Origin: Emiliania huxleyi CCMP1516
Lineage: Eukaryota
DNA: 51,663 nucleotides
Reading direction: 5' to 3'
Assembly: GCF_000372725.1 (NCBI RefSeq)
Contig: NW_005201092.1
Location: forward strand, 117,683-169,345
The notes under the pieces are model-generated. The model was not told the DNA's origin. It made no database searches and saw nothing but the letters and a program-made list of their open reading frames with translations. Shown here one piece after another: positions 24,171 through 36,918 of this stretch. The position numbers and the translations under genes were made by a program. The stretch's first letter is position 1; every line of letters begins with the position of its first letter.

Positions 24171-25488
24171 GCGCGAGGGATTGCGGCGCGCCGGAGTGGC
24201 AAGACGAATCTGTCCCAACAGACGCAGACGACGGGGAGAGCAGCACCGTGGGCGACGACGTGGTTATTAACGGAGGAGGTACATCAACCATCCCACTCGA
24301 CGACATCGGTGATGGGGCCTCTAGCTACGCCGATGACCCACCCGACTCCCCCGAAAACGAACCGCCGCCTAGCGCCCCGCCCTCGGGCCGCCTAAAGCCC
24401 CAGTCGTGGAGCAGGGGGTGATATGGATTTCATACACGCCGAGCGCGCAGGCGCGACACATCGGAGACAATAAGGGGATCCGGCGTGAAAGAGCTATCGA
24501 CATTGACGTTGACCCAGCCGATTCCACCGACGTCGACGCCATCACCTCCGCGGCTACCGCGCTTTTGCTCGACGACACCGTGGAGAATCGCACCGAGGAC
24601 CTTGCCGAGGCGATAGGCCGAATATCACTTTGGGCCCCGACTCCGCCCCCACCCCTCGGGGTGGGGGCACCCGCCCCTGTCGGGCACCGCTTGCGGCGCC
24701 TGGCAGGGGCACCCCCTGGGTGGGGGCCGGCGATTCCCATGCCGGCTCTCCGCCACAACCCCCGCCGGGAGGGAATCCCTGCTCACAGAAAAGGGCTTCG
24801 AGCCCTGCCTCGCGCACGCCCCTGGCGGGCGCTGCGGACCAGTTCCGCGAGCGCTCGTCAGCGGGTGGTGTGCGGTTCTTGCCGTAGTTCCTCTTCGGTC
24901 GCCTAGCCCCGGCGCCTTCTGTCGGACGCCTGCGTGTCACGAGTGCGAGCCGCTCGCGGTTCGTACGCCCGCTTGCGGGTTCGAGTGGCGGGCCATCCCG
25001 CTTGCGGGATGGCTTAGCGGGTTCGAGCCGTCACACATTGGCTGCCGGGGTGTGCCGAGGGGGGGCTGGGTGGGCGGTAAGCCGTCATTGCCCGACGCTG
25101 CTACCTTGCAGCGCTCTGGGTGGTAGTGGCGGCGCTCCAAGAGTGGTGCTCTTGGGAAGAGGTTCCTCCTTCCCCCCCCCCCCCCCCCGCAAGGCGCGAG
25201 ACACACATTCTTGATACGAAACCACGACCACACCAGTCGACTCGCATCGGTTGCCTCCATTAACGGCGGAGCTATTCTCGCGCCCACACCACACCTGGCT
25301 CCAACGTGGACACGCCCATAGCTGGGACACACACTCACTCAAGTTTGCTGGTACTCTCGGCGCCTTCACACAGCCACAGCGCCCGCCCCGCTCCGAAGCT
25401 CAAGTTTGCGAACGACTGTGCACGCTGTTTCCTGCACGCTGAGACGCTCTGGAGTCCTCTCGGTGCTCTCCATCTGAGAGGACCGTCC

Positions 25489-26044
25489 ATGCCGATCTGG
25501 GACTGGTTCAGGAAGGTCTCGGACGGCAAATCCGAGCGCCAATCCTCCGCCTCCGGCTGCACCGACGCCAGCTCCAGGCACAGCTCCAAGGACCCCTCCG
25601 AAAGGTACTCGAAGGCGAATGCCCATCCGCTGCCGGCCCCGGCGGCGGGCGGGCGGCAGGCGGTCGACGACTGGAGGTCGACGGGCGGCAGCGACGTGAC
25701 GAGCATGAGCAGCAGCTCCGACGCCAGCTCAGGCTTTGGGTCGCCAAAGAGCCACGGAGGCGCGGCGACGGAGCCGATGCGGCAAAGCCCGATCTCGGAG
25801 GGCGGCGGCGCCTCCTCCTCGACAGGCACCTCCCCCGCCGCCTCCGCCGTCTGCTACCGCCAGCCTGCGACGAGCGCCGCCCCTTCCGGCCCATTAGGCG
25901 TCGGCGGAGGCGGCGACGGCGGCTCTGGCACCGCGACGGGCGAGGACGCGACGGGGGCAGAGTACGCGCCAAACTACGGACGGGGAGGGCGCGCGTTCGG
26001 CGAGGCCGGCGCCGTCGGCCCGGCGGGCGGGTGCGCGGGCGAAT

Positions 26045-26075
<31 letters not shown>

Positions 26076-26098
26076 GTTGGCCAGTCAGCAACGGTCAT

Positions 26099-26141
<43 letters not shown>

Positions 26142-28563
26142 GGCTGCGGCAGAGAAGTCGCTCGGCGGCGGCGTGGGGGTGGGGAGGACGCCGGGCGAGG
26201 GGTGGAGCGCGAGGCCGACGGCGGCGGTGCGGGCCGGCGCCGACAGCGGGCGGGACGAGTCTCTGGCCTACCGCGTGGTGAGCGCGGTCGTGGGAGGCGT
26301 CCAGTTCGAGGTCGACGCTCGCTACACGATGCGCAACGTCGTCGGGAAGGGCGCATACGGTATCGTCGCCGCCGCCGACGACGCTCTCGGCGGCGGCGGC
26401 GGCGGCGGCGGCGGAGGAGGAGGAGGAGGAGGAGGAGGAGGAGGAGGAGGCGCTGCCGACGCCGAGCGCTGCAACGCGGGCTGCGTCGCGGTCGAGACGA
26501 TCTTCGAGCCGTTTGCGGACCGGACGGAGAGAAAAAGAAATACGGGCGTCGTTTCTGTCTTCAGGTCAAGAAGATCTTCGACCCGTTCGCGGACCGGACG
26601 GACGCCAAGCGGCTGCTGCGGGAGGTGCGGCTGCTGCGCGTGCTCCGCCACCCCAACGTCCTGCAGCTGCTCGACATGCTGCCCTCGCCGTCCCTCTCCT
26701 GCAGCAACTGGCGCGACGTCTACCTGGTGACGCGGCTGTACGACACCAACCTCCACCGCGTGATCTACAGCGGCCAGCCGCTCTCGGACGAGCACGTGCA
26801 GTACATCCTCTGGCAGGCGCAATCTCCCCCATATCTCCGCCATATCTCCCCATATCTCCGCCATATCTCCGCCATCTCTCACCATGTCTCCCCATATCTC
26901 CCGCCAGGCCTTCCGCGCGCTCCGCTACCTGCATGCCGCCGGCGTGGTGCACCGCGCCCTGACGCCAACCAAGGGAAGTGTCTAGGAAGTGTCTAGGAAG
27001 TGTCTAGGCGTGGTGCACCGCGACATGAAGCCAACCAACATCCTGCTCAACCGCGACTGCGAGCTCGCCCTCGCCGACCTCGGCCTCGCGCGCTACATTG
27101 GCGCCGCCGCTGCCTGCGGCGCCGCCCCGCCCTCCCGCCGCTCTTCGGACGGCAGCATGCAGCCACCGCCGGGCGGCACTGGCGCGGGGCTCGGCTCGCT
27201 GACCAAGTACGTGGTCACGCGCTGGTACCGCGCGCCCGAGCTGCTCGTCCAGAACCAGAGGTACGACGCGGCGGTCGACATGTGGTCGCTATTATTATGA
27301 TTATATATTATTATTATTATTGTTAGGTACGATGCGGCGGTCGACATGTGGTCGCTGGGCTGCATCGCCGCGGAGCTGCTCGGCACACGCGCGCTCTTCC
27401 CAGGCGAGGACTCGCTGCACCGCCTCACCCCCCGAGATTGGCCGAGATGACCCGAGATTGCCCGAGACTGCAGGCAAGGACTCGCTGCACCAGCTCAAGC
27501 TCATCATCGAGCGGCTCGGCGCGCCGTCCGCCGCCGAGCTCGCCCTCATCGAGAATGAGCAGGCCGTGCGCTACGTGGCGTCGCTGCGGCCTCGCGCAAC
27601 CGAGCCAGCGACCGCCGCCACCTACGGGTCCCCCGTCTTACCCAGCTGGCCGCCCGCCCGCAGGTGGAAGAAAGAAAAGAAAGCCCACCGTCTCCCGCTG
27701 GTAGGTCCCTCTTCCCGTTGGCGAACCCGCAGCTCCTCGACCTGATCCACCAGCTGCTCCAGTTCGACCCGCGCCGCCGCCCGACCGCCGCAGAGGCGCC
27801 GCGCCACCCGCACCTCCCCACATCTCGCCACACCTCCCCGCATCTCCCCACATCTCCTCCACATCTCCCCACATCTCCCCACATCTCCCCACACCCCCCC
27901 ACATATCTCCCCCCACCCCCCCACACCCCCCCACACCCCCCCACATCTCCCCACATCTCCTCCACATCTCCTGCCCATCTCCCCACATCCCCTCCACACC
28001 TCCCCACACCTCTCCACACCTCCCCACATCTCCCCACATCTCCCCGCAGGCGCTGCGCCACCCGTACCTCCCCACATCTCCCCACATCTCCTCCACATCT
28101 CCCCACATCTCCCCACATCTCCCCGCAGGCGCTGCGCCACCCGTACCTCCCCACACCTCCCCACATCTCCCCACATCTCCCCACATCTCCCCACATCTCC
28201 CCGCAGGCGCTGCGCCTCCCGTACCTCCCCACATCTCCCCACATCTCCCCACATCTCCCCGCAGGCGCTGCGCCACCCGTACCTCCCCACATCTCCCCAC
28301 ATCTCCCCACATCTCCCCGCAGGCGCTGCGCCACCCGTACCTCGCCGCGTACCGGGATGCGCCCGAGGAGGCGCTCGAAGTGCCCGTCATCGAGATGGAC
28401 TTTGAGGGGCGCGGCGCAAGCAAGGAGGAGCTGCGCGCCCTCGTCTGGCAAGAGATGCTGCGCGTGCGCCAGCCAGGCTTTACGAGGAGGTGTGAACAGC
28501 GTCTCTGCACACCCCACTGCTGTGAATAGGCGCGTGCGGCAGCCAGAGCGATTCGCGAGCTGA
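25489..28563 (+). CDS. Mitogen-activated protein kinase with a long disordered N-terminus
   Basis: [46 protein letters not shown] and ALRHPYL. Introns at 26491-26564, 26817-26907, 26942-27007, 27261-27326, 27404-27473, 27628-27704, 27796-28322 and 28460-28529 all restore the frame. Confidence 0.92.
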
Positions 28564-29882
28564 GCAGCGCGCCCGCCGCCCGCCCGCCCCACCTCAGCCG
28601 AGCCGGGATTGGCTGCGGCTGCGCGAGGCTTCGATGTGTCGCCGTCGAGGCTGCGGTGTTGCGCCGTGCGGCACCGCCGCAGCGGCAGATGCACGCAGTC
28701 ACCCGCACACGCACCCCCGCCCTGGCGGCACACGCAAACCGCCGTGTGGCAGGGGATGCTGTTTCGGGGGAGACCTGGAGCCGCGCGGCGGACGTGCGGC
28801 GACAATCTCCGCCTAGTACTCCATACAGAGAGGCCGTTGGAGAGAGATTTGGGGGGGGGGGGTTGGAGAGATTCTACACGCGCCGTGAAGCGAGATGAGG
28901 CCGCGTCTTGCGTGGGCAAGCAGAGAGATGGCAGATGGGATGCGTACGCTAAGCGTTCTTGGAGGGAAGGTCTCAAGCTTCAACTTCTCACTGTCTCGCC
29001 ATGAAAATTGCGTCACGCAGAAAACAAACGCAGTACGCAGATTCTGGTTTCTCTTTCTGCGCCCGGACTCTCTGCGAGAGCCCCGACGGGCCGAGACTGC
29101 GTCCGCCGGTCCGGTGTCCTGCCGTCTGCCGACGTGCGGGCGCCCCGTGTTCTCCGCCTCGACAGCACGAGCAACGTCCAACGAGATTGGCGACGAGAGA
29201 GGGGGCTGCGACGGAGCTCGGAGGAAAAAGGGGGCTGCCCCGAGAGCTTGAAGAGGACGGACATCAGTGATGACGAAACAGAAGCTAGCGCAGAAGAGAG
29301 CAGGGCAGACCCGGGGACTGGGGAGCCGGAGCGGACCCGAGGGAACGTTGGGAAGAGGCACGAGGAGGGCGGCGACCTCAACCGACTATGGAGGACACCC
29401 GTCACCAGTCGACGCAGAGCAGACGACGGTGAGGCGGAGCAGACGCGCAGGGCGAGACGAGGGAGGGAGCAGGATGTTGCGGAGATCAGCAGGAGGATGT
29501 ACGACGAGATTAGGAGCAGCAGGGACCCGAGGGACCATGTGGAAGACGGCTAGTGCTAGTCCCCCATCGGGAGGACGACCCCGGCTAGTCGCCGACCACA
29601 CCCACAAAGAACCCGGGTGTGTTCGATTGTAAAAAATCTGCCATAGGGCGCCCAGGGGCCGCCCCCGGCCGCCCGCGCGCACAAAAAAATACTCCTCCGC
29701 CCCGGACGCCCTCAGAAAACAACATACTAGCCCCACAAGCGTCACGAGTTTACGAGAGTACTCAAAATAAATTCCTGGAGTGCCCGGCCGCGCCGGCAGC
29801 AGGCCGCCGTACGCGTAAGGCTGGATAGGCCGCCGCGATGGCCGGCAGTCTCCCGTGCCTCTCGCAGGCATCCCTGTGTAGT

Positions 29883-29975
29883 GCACTTGGAGCACTTGGA
29901 GTGCAGTCGGCAACCGCACACCCAGGGCCGGGGAGCTGAGAAGCGCACCCAGCGGGCCGGATGATTGGCATCGGG
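29883..29975 (+). repeat. Dispersed repeat, copy 2 of 13632-13716
   Basis: Direct sequence match with a small indel. Confidence 0.8.
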
Positions 29976-30008
29976 TTGCATTAAAATTCTTTTAGCCGGC
30001 GCGAGGCG

Positions 30009-30629
30009 GTGTGGCGCGAGCGCGCCGAGACGGCCGAGCATGCCGTGCGGCGGCGCGAGCAGACGAACGACGAGCAGCGACAGCGCAACAAGAGCCTGCG
30101 GCAGGACAACAAGCGGGCGATGCGGGCGTTGCAGGATGCCAAAGCAGCGGCAGCGGCGGCGGAGGAGCGCGCCGAGGCGGCGGAGGCGCGTGCCGACGGC
30201 GCGGAGGCGGCGGCTAGGCAAGAGCTCCTGCGAAAGCGCACGCGCGACGCGGCCGAGGCCGAGCAGTGGCGGGAGCGGCTGCAGAGCGAGGTCATGGCTG
30301 ACGCGCGCGAGACGTCGGCGGACTACCGGCTGACGGCGCTGGCGGCCGAGCGCAAGCGGGCGGAGGCGGAGGTTCGAGCGAAACGGGCGGCGGCGGAGCG
30401 CGATGCGGCGCAGAGTGAGGCTGGAGCACTCCGCAACAAGTGTAACGGCCTCTCCAGCCGCCTCGCCGCGTCGGATCGAGCGAACCGCGGCGCCGCAGCT
30501 GCTGACGTGCGCGCGGCGTCAGGTCGCCCCGCCCGAGGCCGACCGGCACCTCCTCAACCCGCTGCTTGCGCCGGGTGCTTCGGTCAAGAAGAGCAAGGGC
30601 ACCGGGTGACCCGAGTAGATGCTCCATAA
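30009..30629 (+). CDS. Coiled-coil Ala/Glu/Arg-rich ORF fragment
   Basis: Heptad-like composition (AEERAEAAEARADGAEAA...); no clear start codon. Confidence 0.35.
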   Translation: MWRERAETAEHAVRRREQTNDEQRQRNKSLRQDNKRAMRALQDAKAAAAAAEERAEAAEARADGAEAAARQELLRKRTRDAAEAEQWRERLQSEVMADARETSADYRLTALAAERKRAEAEVRAKRAAAERDAAQSEAGALRNKCNGLSSRLAASDRANRGAAAADVRAASGRPARGRPAPPQPAACAGCFGQEEQGHRVTRVDAP

Positions 30630-31984
30630 CACACCGCCCCGGCCCCGCCGGCCCCGGCCCGCCCAGCCCGCCCATGCCGTACCGCGCCTGACTCGGCCTT
30701 GCCCGTCGGCGGTCTAGGTACGGCAAGGAGTCACTCAAGGCGCGCAAAGGGGCGAAGCGGACCGCCGTTCAGGCGGCCGGCCCCGCGCCGGGCCACATCA
30801 TGTCGGGCGGCCGGCAGATGTTGGCCAAGAACCAGTCCGGCAAGCGCCTCACGAAGAGGCAGCTGCGGGCGCGCGACAAGCCGCCGACGTCGAGCAAGGC
30901 GCCGCGGTCGGGGCCGTCGCGGCAGCCGCCCCCGCGCCCGCAACGCGCTATTGCCGCCCGTGCGATCTACGCCGGCGCCGACTCGGACGCCGACTCCTCG
31001 GACGGCGACTCCGACACAGCGACCTGAGCTGCTCCGGCGGGTCCGACGATGAGTCGGATTGCGCTGGCTCGGACGTCGATGACGAGTAGGCGCCGGTGCC
31101 TGGGCGTGGGGGGGGCGCGGAGCGGCGGCGGCGATCGGGCGGCGTGCGCCCCGCTCGGTGTGTGGGGCGCGGAGGGCGCGGAGGGCGTGTGGGGGGTGCC
31201 GGCAGAGGTCTGTCTGGCGCCCGGGGCGTGGACCGACATGTTGTACTGTTGCATGATAGTCATGTTATATCGCCAGAACTCGACCCCCCGCGTCCGGGGG
31301 AGGTCTGGTTCGTCGAATAAATAAGGTTTGGATAGGTTTTGGGGGCTTTGGACACCGAGAATGGTCATTTATTTTATCTGTAGGAGCCATAGCGACGTGC
31401 AGGTCGCGGGGGACGCCCGTCTGGCGGGACCCACGTCAGGGCCCAGCGCAGGAGGACGACACACCTACCGAGGTCAGGACTTCCGCTGCATGTCGCCCGA
31501 CTCCGCGCGCACTTTCACCTCCCCCAGTGAGTCCCTCTGGGGTGGTGCCGGGTGTTGCCAGCCCGACACCGGTGTCGCGCAGCTCTGGGTCATCCTTGCA
31601 TCAGGGAGAATCGGGGACTGCGTGGGGAGAGGGGCATGCGCGGGCTAGAGGCGCATGGGGAGAGCCCCAAGTCTGGAGCCCATCCCATGAGCTCTGCGCC
31701 CATCTGCCGGCTTAGCCGGGTGGGCGCGGCCCCCCCCCCCCCCATGGTACCCCAGCTCGCTTCAGCGGCCGTGGTGCGGGGGGAGCAAGCCACATCACAG
31801 CCCGCCAGATCTCACCCCACCCCCTTGACGGAGTGGTTTGTGGGCCCCCCACCCGCCTCACGTCTCGCAAAGCTGGGGGCTCTGGTGGGGTGTGGGGGGG
31901 GGGGGAGGGGGTCAGAAAGGGGAGGGGACGGGCGCACACACCGGCCATTGAGTAGTCAGCCGCGGCCCCAGCCGACGCCGGCCC

Positions 31985-32318
31985 AGCCGCCGCCGCCCTT
32001 GCCGCCTTTGCCGCCCTTGCCGCCGACGCCTTTGCCGCCGCCGCCCTTGCCGCCGCCGCCCTTGCCGCCGACGCCCTTGCCGCCGACGCCCTTGCCGCCG
32101 ACGCCCTTGCCGCCGACGCCCTTGCCGCCGACGCCCTTGCCGCCGACGCCCTTGCCGCCGACGCCCTTGCCGCCGACGCCCTTGCCGCCGACGCCCTTGC
32201 CGCCGACGCCCTTGCCGCCGACGCCCTTGCCGCCGACGCCCTTGCCGCCGACGCCCTTGCCGCCGACGCCCTTGCCGCCGACGCCCTTGCCGCCGACGCC
32301 CTTGCCGCCGCCGCCGTA
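31985..32318. repeat. 15-bp minisatellite (CCGCCGACGCCCTTG)n; minus-strand ORF 31956-32354 reads (GGKGV)n
   Basis: About 20 copies read directly from the sequence. Confidence 0.9.
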
Positions 32319-32624
32319 GCCGCCGCCGCCGTCGGCGGCAGTGAGGTCTGGCATCGCAGCGCCGGTCGTCTCGTCGAGGGCTACCTCTCGACTCTACTCC
32401 CGTGTCACAACGAAGCACGAGAGCGTGCACGACAGAGCGACGGCGCAGCACACTGCCGTCCAGTCGGCGAAGGGACGGCTGCTGCGCAAAGTGATCAGTT
32501 CTAATGAATGTTGAGCATGATTACCTCCGCTCCCCTCTCAAGCCGAGCGCCGGAGACCCCCGGCTCCGGCAAACTAGTTCTTTTAGCCGGCAACCACAGC
32601 CTGCCGGGCCACGCGCGCAACACG

Positions 32625-34843
32625 ATGGAGGCCCCACCCGCCGACGCCGAGCCCACGCCCGCGCCCGCCGCGCTGTCCGAGCCCGCCGACGCCGCGCCCG
32701 CGCCCGCGCCGTCCGCCGACGAGCCCGCGCCGTCCCCGCCGGTCGCCGCGCCGGCGTCTGCAGCGGGGAGCGACGACGAGGATGACGACGAGGTTGCGCG
32801 GCGGAAGCGGCGGCGCGAACGGTTCGCCAAGGAGCTGGCCGACAAGGAGCCGCTTCCCGCCGCCCCATCCGACAAGGAGAAGGAGCCGCCCGCCAAGCGC
32901 ACCAGGCCCGCCGCCGACGCCGACCGGCCGCCGCCGCCCGAGCTCGCAGACTCGGAGCTGGTGGCGGAGGGCGCGAGGCCGGGCGAGCAGGTGCGGCGTT
33001 GCCTGCGCTGCCCAAAGGTGTTCGCCGCGCGCGACATCGCCTCCTTCAAGAACCACAAGTGCGTCGCTCGCGACTCTTCCGCCGCCGCCGGCGACGCCGC
33101 GGCGGCGGCGGCAAACGGCGGCGGCGGCAACGGGCACGGCGATCCCCTACGGGCAAAGGAGCCGAAGCTCATCAAGTGCTTCCTGTGCGGAGAGGAGGGG
33201 CACCGGCGGAAGGAGTGCCCTCAGCTCAAGGTGACGCCCCCTCCTCCTCCCTCCTCCCTGGCGCCTCTCCTCTCCTCCCTCGCCCCCGCCCGCCGCCTCT
33301 CTCCTCCCCCGCCTCTCTCCTCCCTCGCCCCCGCCCGCCGCCTCTCTCCTCCCCCGCCTCTCTCCTCCCTCGCCCCCGCCCGCCGCCTCTCTCCTCCCCC
33401 GCCTCTCTCCTCCCTCGCCCCCGCCCGCCGCTCCTTCGCCGCGGCCGTCCGTCTCGACGGCCCCACATCTCCCCACCCCTCCCCACCCCTCCCCACCCCT
33501 CCCCACCTCTCCCCACACCTCCCCACCTCTCCCCACCTCTCCCCACCTCTCCCCACCTCTCCCCACCTCTCCCCACCTCTCCCCACCTCTCCCCACCTCT
33601 CCCCACCTCTCCCCACCTCTTGCCACCTCTCACCAACTCTGGGCGTCCGTCCGCCTCGACTGCCCCGCCCTACCCTGGCCCTATCCCTATGCTCAGGTCC
33701 CACCCGCACGCCCGAAGCACGACGACGGCGGCGGCGACGGCGGCGACGGCGGCGGCGACGACGGCGGCGACGCTGGCGAAGACGCTGAGGTGCGGAGACG
33801 CGGAGAGCCAGGGGGGGGTGGCGGGGCGGCGGCGGCGTCGGGTGCGGCGGTGAGGGCGGCGGCGGTGAGGGCGGCGGCGGTGAGGGCGGCGGCGGTGAGG
33901 GCGGCGGCGGTGAGGGTGGCGGTAAGGGGCGAGGGGCGGGCACCGGGGCGGCGGCGGTTGTGGCGGCAGCGGCGGCGGTGCGTGCTTGGCGGCGAGAGAA
34001 CGGGGAGAGGGCGCGCGCGCGCGCGAACTCGGACTGGCGTTTGCCTCTGGCGGGGGGGGACGGGCGCGCGCGGCGGGAGATGCAAATCTCGCGCAATCTC
34101 GCCCCAGCTCCTCTCCCCCCCCCCCCCTCCCTCCCTCCTCTCCACGCCGGCACCTTAGGAGCTGCGCGAGCGGCAGGACAAGGCAGACAAGGGGCGGGAG
34201 AGGGCGGAGAAGGCGCCGCCGGCGGACGTGCCGGGCTCACTACTCGAGCAGGCGCGAGATTGCGCGAGATTGCCGTTGAGATCCCTCCGAGATTCCTCCT
34301 CCGATCTCCGGCAGATCTCCTCCTCCGAGATCTCCTCCTCCGAGATCTCCTCCGAGATCTCCTCCGAGATCTCCTCCGAGATCTCCTCCTCCTCGGAGAG
34401 ATGGGCAGAGATGGGGAGAGATGGGGAGAGATGGCGAGAGATGGCGAGAGATGGCGAGAGATGGGCAGAGATGGCGAGAGATGGCGAGAGATGGGGAGAG
34501 ATGGCGAGAGATGGCGAGAGATGGCGAGGGATGGCACCCTTTTTCCTCCGCGGGGGGAGCTGCCTCCCACTCCCCTCTCGCGGCCTGGTACAGCGGTGCC
34601 ACAGCAGAGTCTCCGCGCTCGCACTCACTCCGCCCGGAGGGAGCCGGCAGAGGCGGTGGCACGGCTCGGCACTACTGGTGCGGGGTTGGTCGCCGTCTCG
34701 CTCGGCCCTCCGAAGACGGGCGGGGCCCTTTTCACGAGCGCACAACCCTCCCCGAGATCGGCCCGAGATCGGCCCGAGATCGGCCCGAGATCGCCCCCCC
34801 CCACGCACACACACACACACACACACACAGACACACAGACACA

Positions 34844-34930
<87 letters not shown>

Positions 34931-35004
34931 ACACACACACACACACACACGCACGCACGCACGCACGCACGCACACACACGCACACACACACACACACAC
35001 GCCA

Positions 35005-35073
<69 letters not shown>

Positions 35074-35680
35074 GCACGCACGCCCTCGCCCCCTCCCGCC
35101 GCAGCGGCGCGGCGTGCTCCGGCGCGTCTGCGCGACCTGCGGCAAGGTCTTCTCGCCCGGCGACGTGCGCTCCTTCGAGTTGCACATCTGCTTCAAGAGC
35201 CGCGACGACCGGCGCGCCGAGCGGCGGGCCGCGCGCGAGTTGCGCGGTGTGTACACACATTATGACCCAATGACCACCTGCCAACTGCCCTGCGCTGCCC
35301 TGCCCTGCCGCCCTGCCCTGCCCGCACACTGCCGCACCACTGGCCTGCCCGATCCCCTACCTGCCCCGGGTGTGAAACCCACACTGCCCTGCCCGGCCCA
35401 GCCCCCACTGCCCAGCTGTGAATCCCTGCCCGCTCGCGAGGTCTCGGAGACACTGAGGGTACACGTACATGCAGAGCCACCACGCTTTCAAAGCTCTAGT
35501 CCCTACGCCATGCAAGAGCCACACCCTCCACTGCCTGTAGAGCACCTGGACATGGCTCTCCCTCTCTAGGCCGCAGCGACCGCGAGGCGTGGGGCGTGTT
35601 TGGCGGCGAGCCGAGGGGCGGCGAGCCGAGGGGAGGCCAGCGCGGCGACAGGCTCGCAGAAAAGGGGGAGAAGAGGGGGG
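32625..35680 (+). CDS. CCHC zinc-knuckle protein with two CxxC...HxC fingers, multi-exon, 3' end uncertain
   Basis: CLRCPKVF...NHKC and CFLCGEEGHRRKEC followed by a GT donor at 33231. Candidate exons at ~33697-33789 and ~34159-34251, and CATCGKVFSPGDVRSFELHIC near 35130. Confidence 0.65.
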
Positions 35681-36537
35681 GGGGGGGGGGAAGAACGGGG
35701 AAATGGGTGCCCCGGGACTCCCCTTTACCCACCAGACAGCCGCTCTTCTAGCCCGGTAACGCCTATTTCCCCAAGCTGANNNNNNNNNNNNNNNNNNNNN
35801 NNNNNNNNNNNNNNNNNNNNNNNNNNNNNNNNNNNNNNNNNNNNNNNNNNNNNNNNNNNNNNNNNNNNNNNNNNNNNNNNNNNNNNNNNNNNNNNNNNNN
35901 NNNNNNNNNNNNNNNNNNNNNNNNNNNNNNNNNNNNNNNNNNNNNNNNNNNNNNNNNNNNNNNNNNNNNNNNNNNNNNNNNNNNNNNNNNNNNNNNNNNN
36001 NNNNNNNNNNNNNNNNNNNNNNNNNNNNNNNNNNNNNNNNNNNNNNNNNNNNNNNNNNNNNNNNNNNNNNNNNNNNNNNNNNNNNNNNNNNNNNNNNNNN
36101 NNNNNNNNNNNNNNNNNNNNNNNNNNNNNNNNNNNNNNNNNNNNNNNNNNNNNNNNNNNNNNNNNNNNNNNNNNNNNNNNNNNNNNNNNNNNNNNNNNNN
36201 NNNNNNNNNNNNNNNNNNNNNNNNNNNNNNNNNNNNNNNNNNNNNNNNNNNNNNNNNNNNNNNNNNNNNNNNNNNNNNNNNNNNNNNNNNNNNNNNNNNN
36301 NNNNNNNNNNNNNNNNNNNNNNNNNNNNNNNNNNNNNNNNNNNNNNNNNNNNNNNNNNNNNNNNNNNNNNNNNNNNNNNNNNNNNNNNNNNNNNNNNNNN
36401 NNNNNNNNNNNNNNNNNNNNNNNNNNNNNNNNNNNNNNNNNNNNNNNNNNNNNNNNNNNNNNNNNNNNNNNNNNNNNNNNNNNNNNNNNNNNNNNNNNNN
36501 NNNNNNNNNNNNNNNNNNNNNNNNNNNNNNNNNNNNN

Positions 36538-36918
36538 TCGACTCGGACTGACCGACGGCTCTGCCGAGGGCACTGCCCAGGGCAGAGCCCGCCGCCGCGC
36601 CCGGGGCGGAAGAGGGTCGCGGCGAGATCGTGGGCGGGTGGGTGGGCGGTGGGGGAGGCCGGCGGAGGCGGCGGCGAGGTCGAGATGACTACGTGGTAGT
36701 GCCTGATTTGGTTCCCGCGAGCAGGTCGCTTGTGGCACGCACGCACGGCCCTTGGCTGAAGAAGGAAGGGCACCCTTTTCGCCAGCCCGACGAGCACTGC
36801 TCCGAGCAGCTCGCCTTTCGTGGGGTGGGCGGACTGCCAGAGACTTTTTGACTGCCGCGGTGGCGGTCGTGCCGGTGGATCGTGGAAGTACCTCTCTGGA
36901 AGTCCCCCCGCCGCCGGG
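36538..36918 (+). repeat. Dispersed repeat B, uninterrupted (empty-site) copy
   Basis: Colinear with 45013-45218 + 47752-47782 + 48613-48735. Confidence 0.9.
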
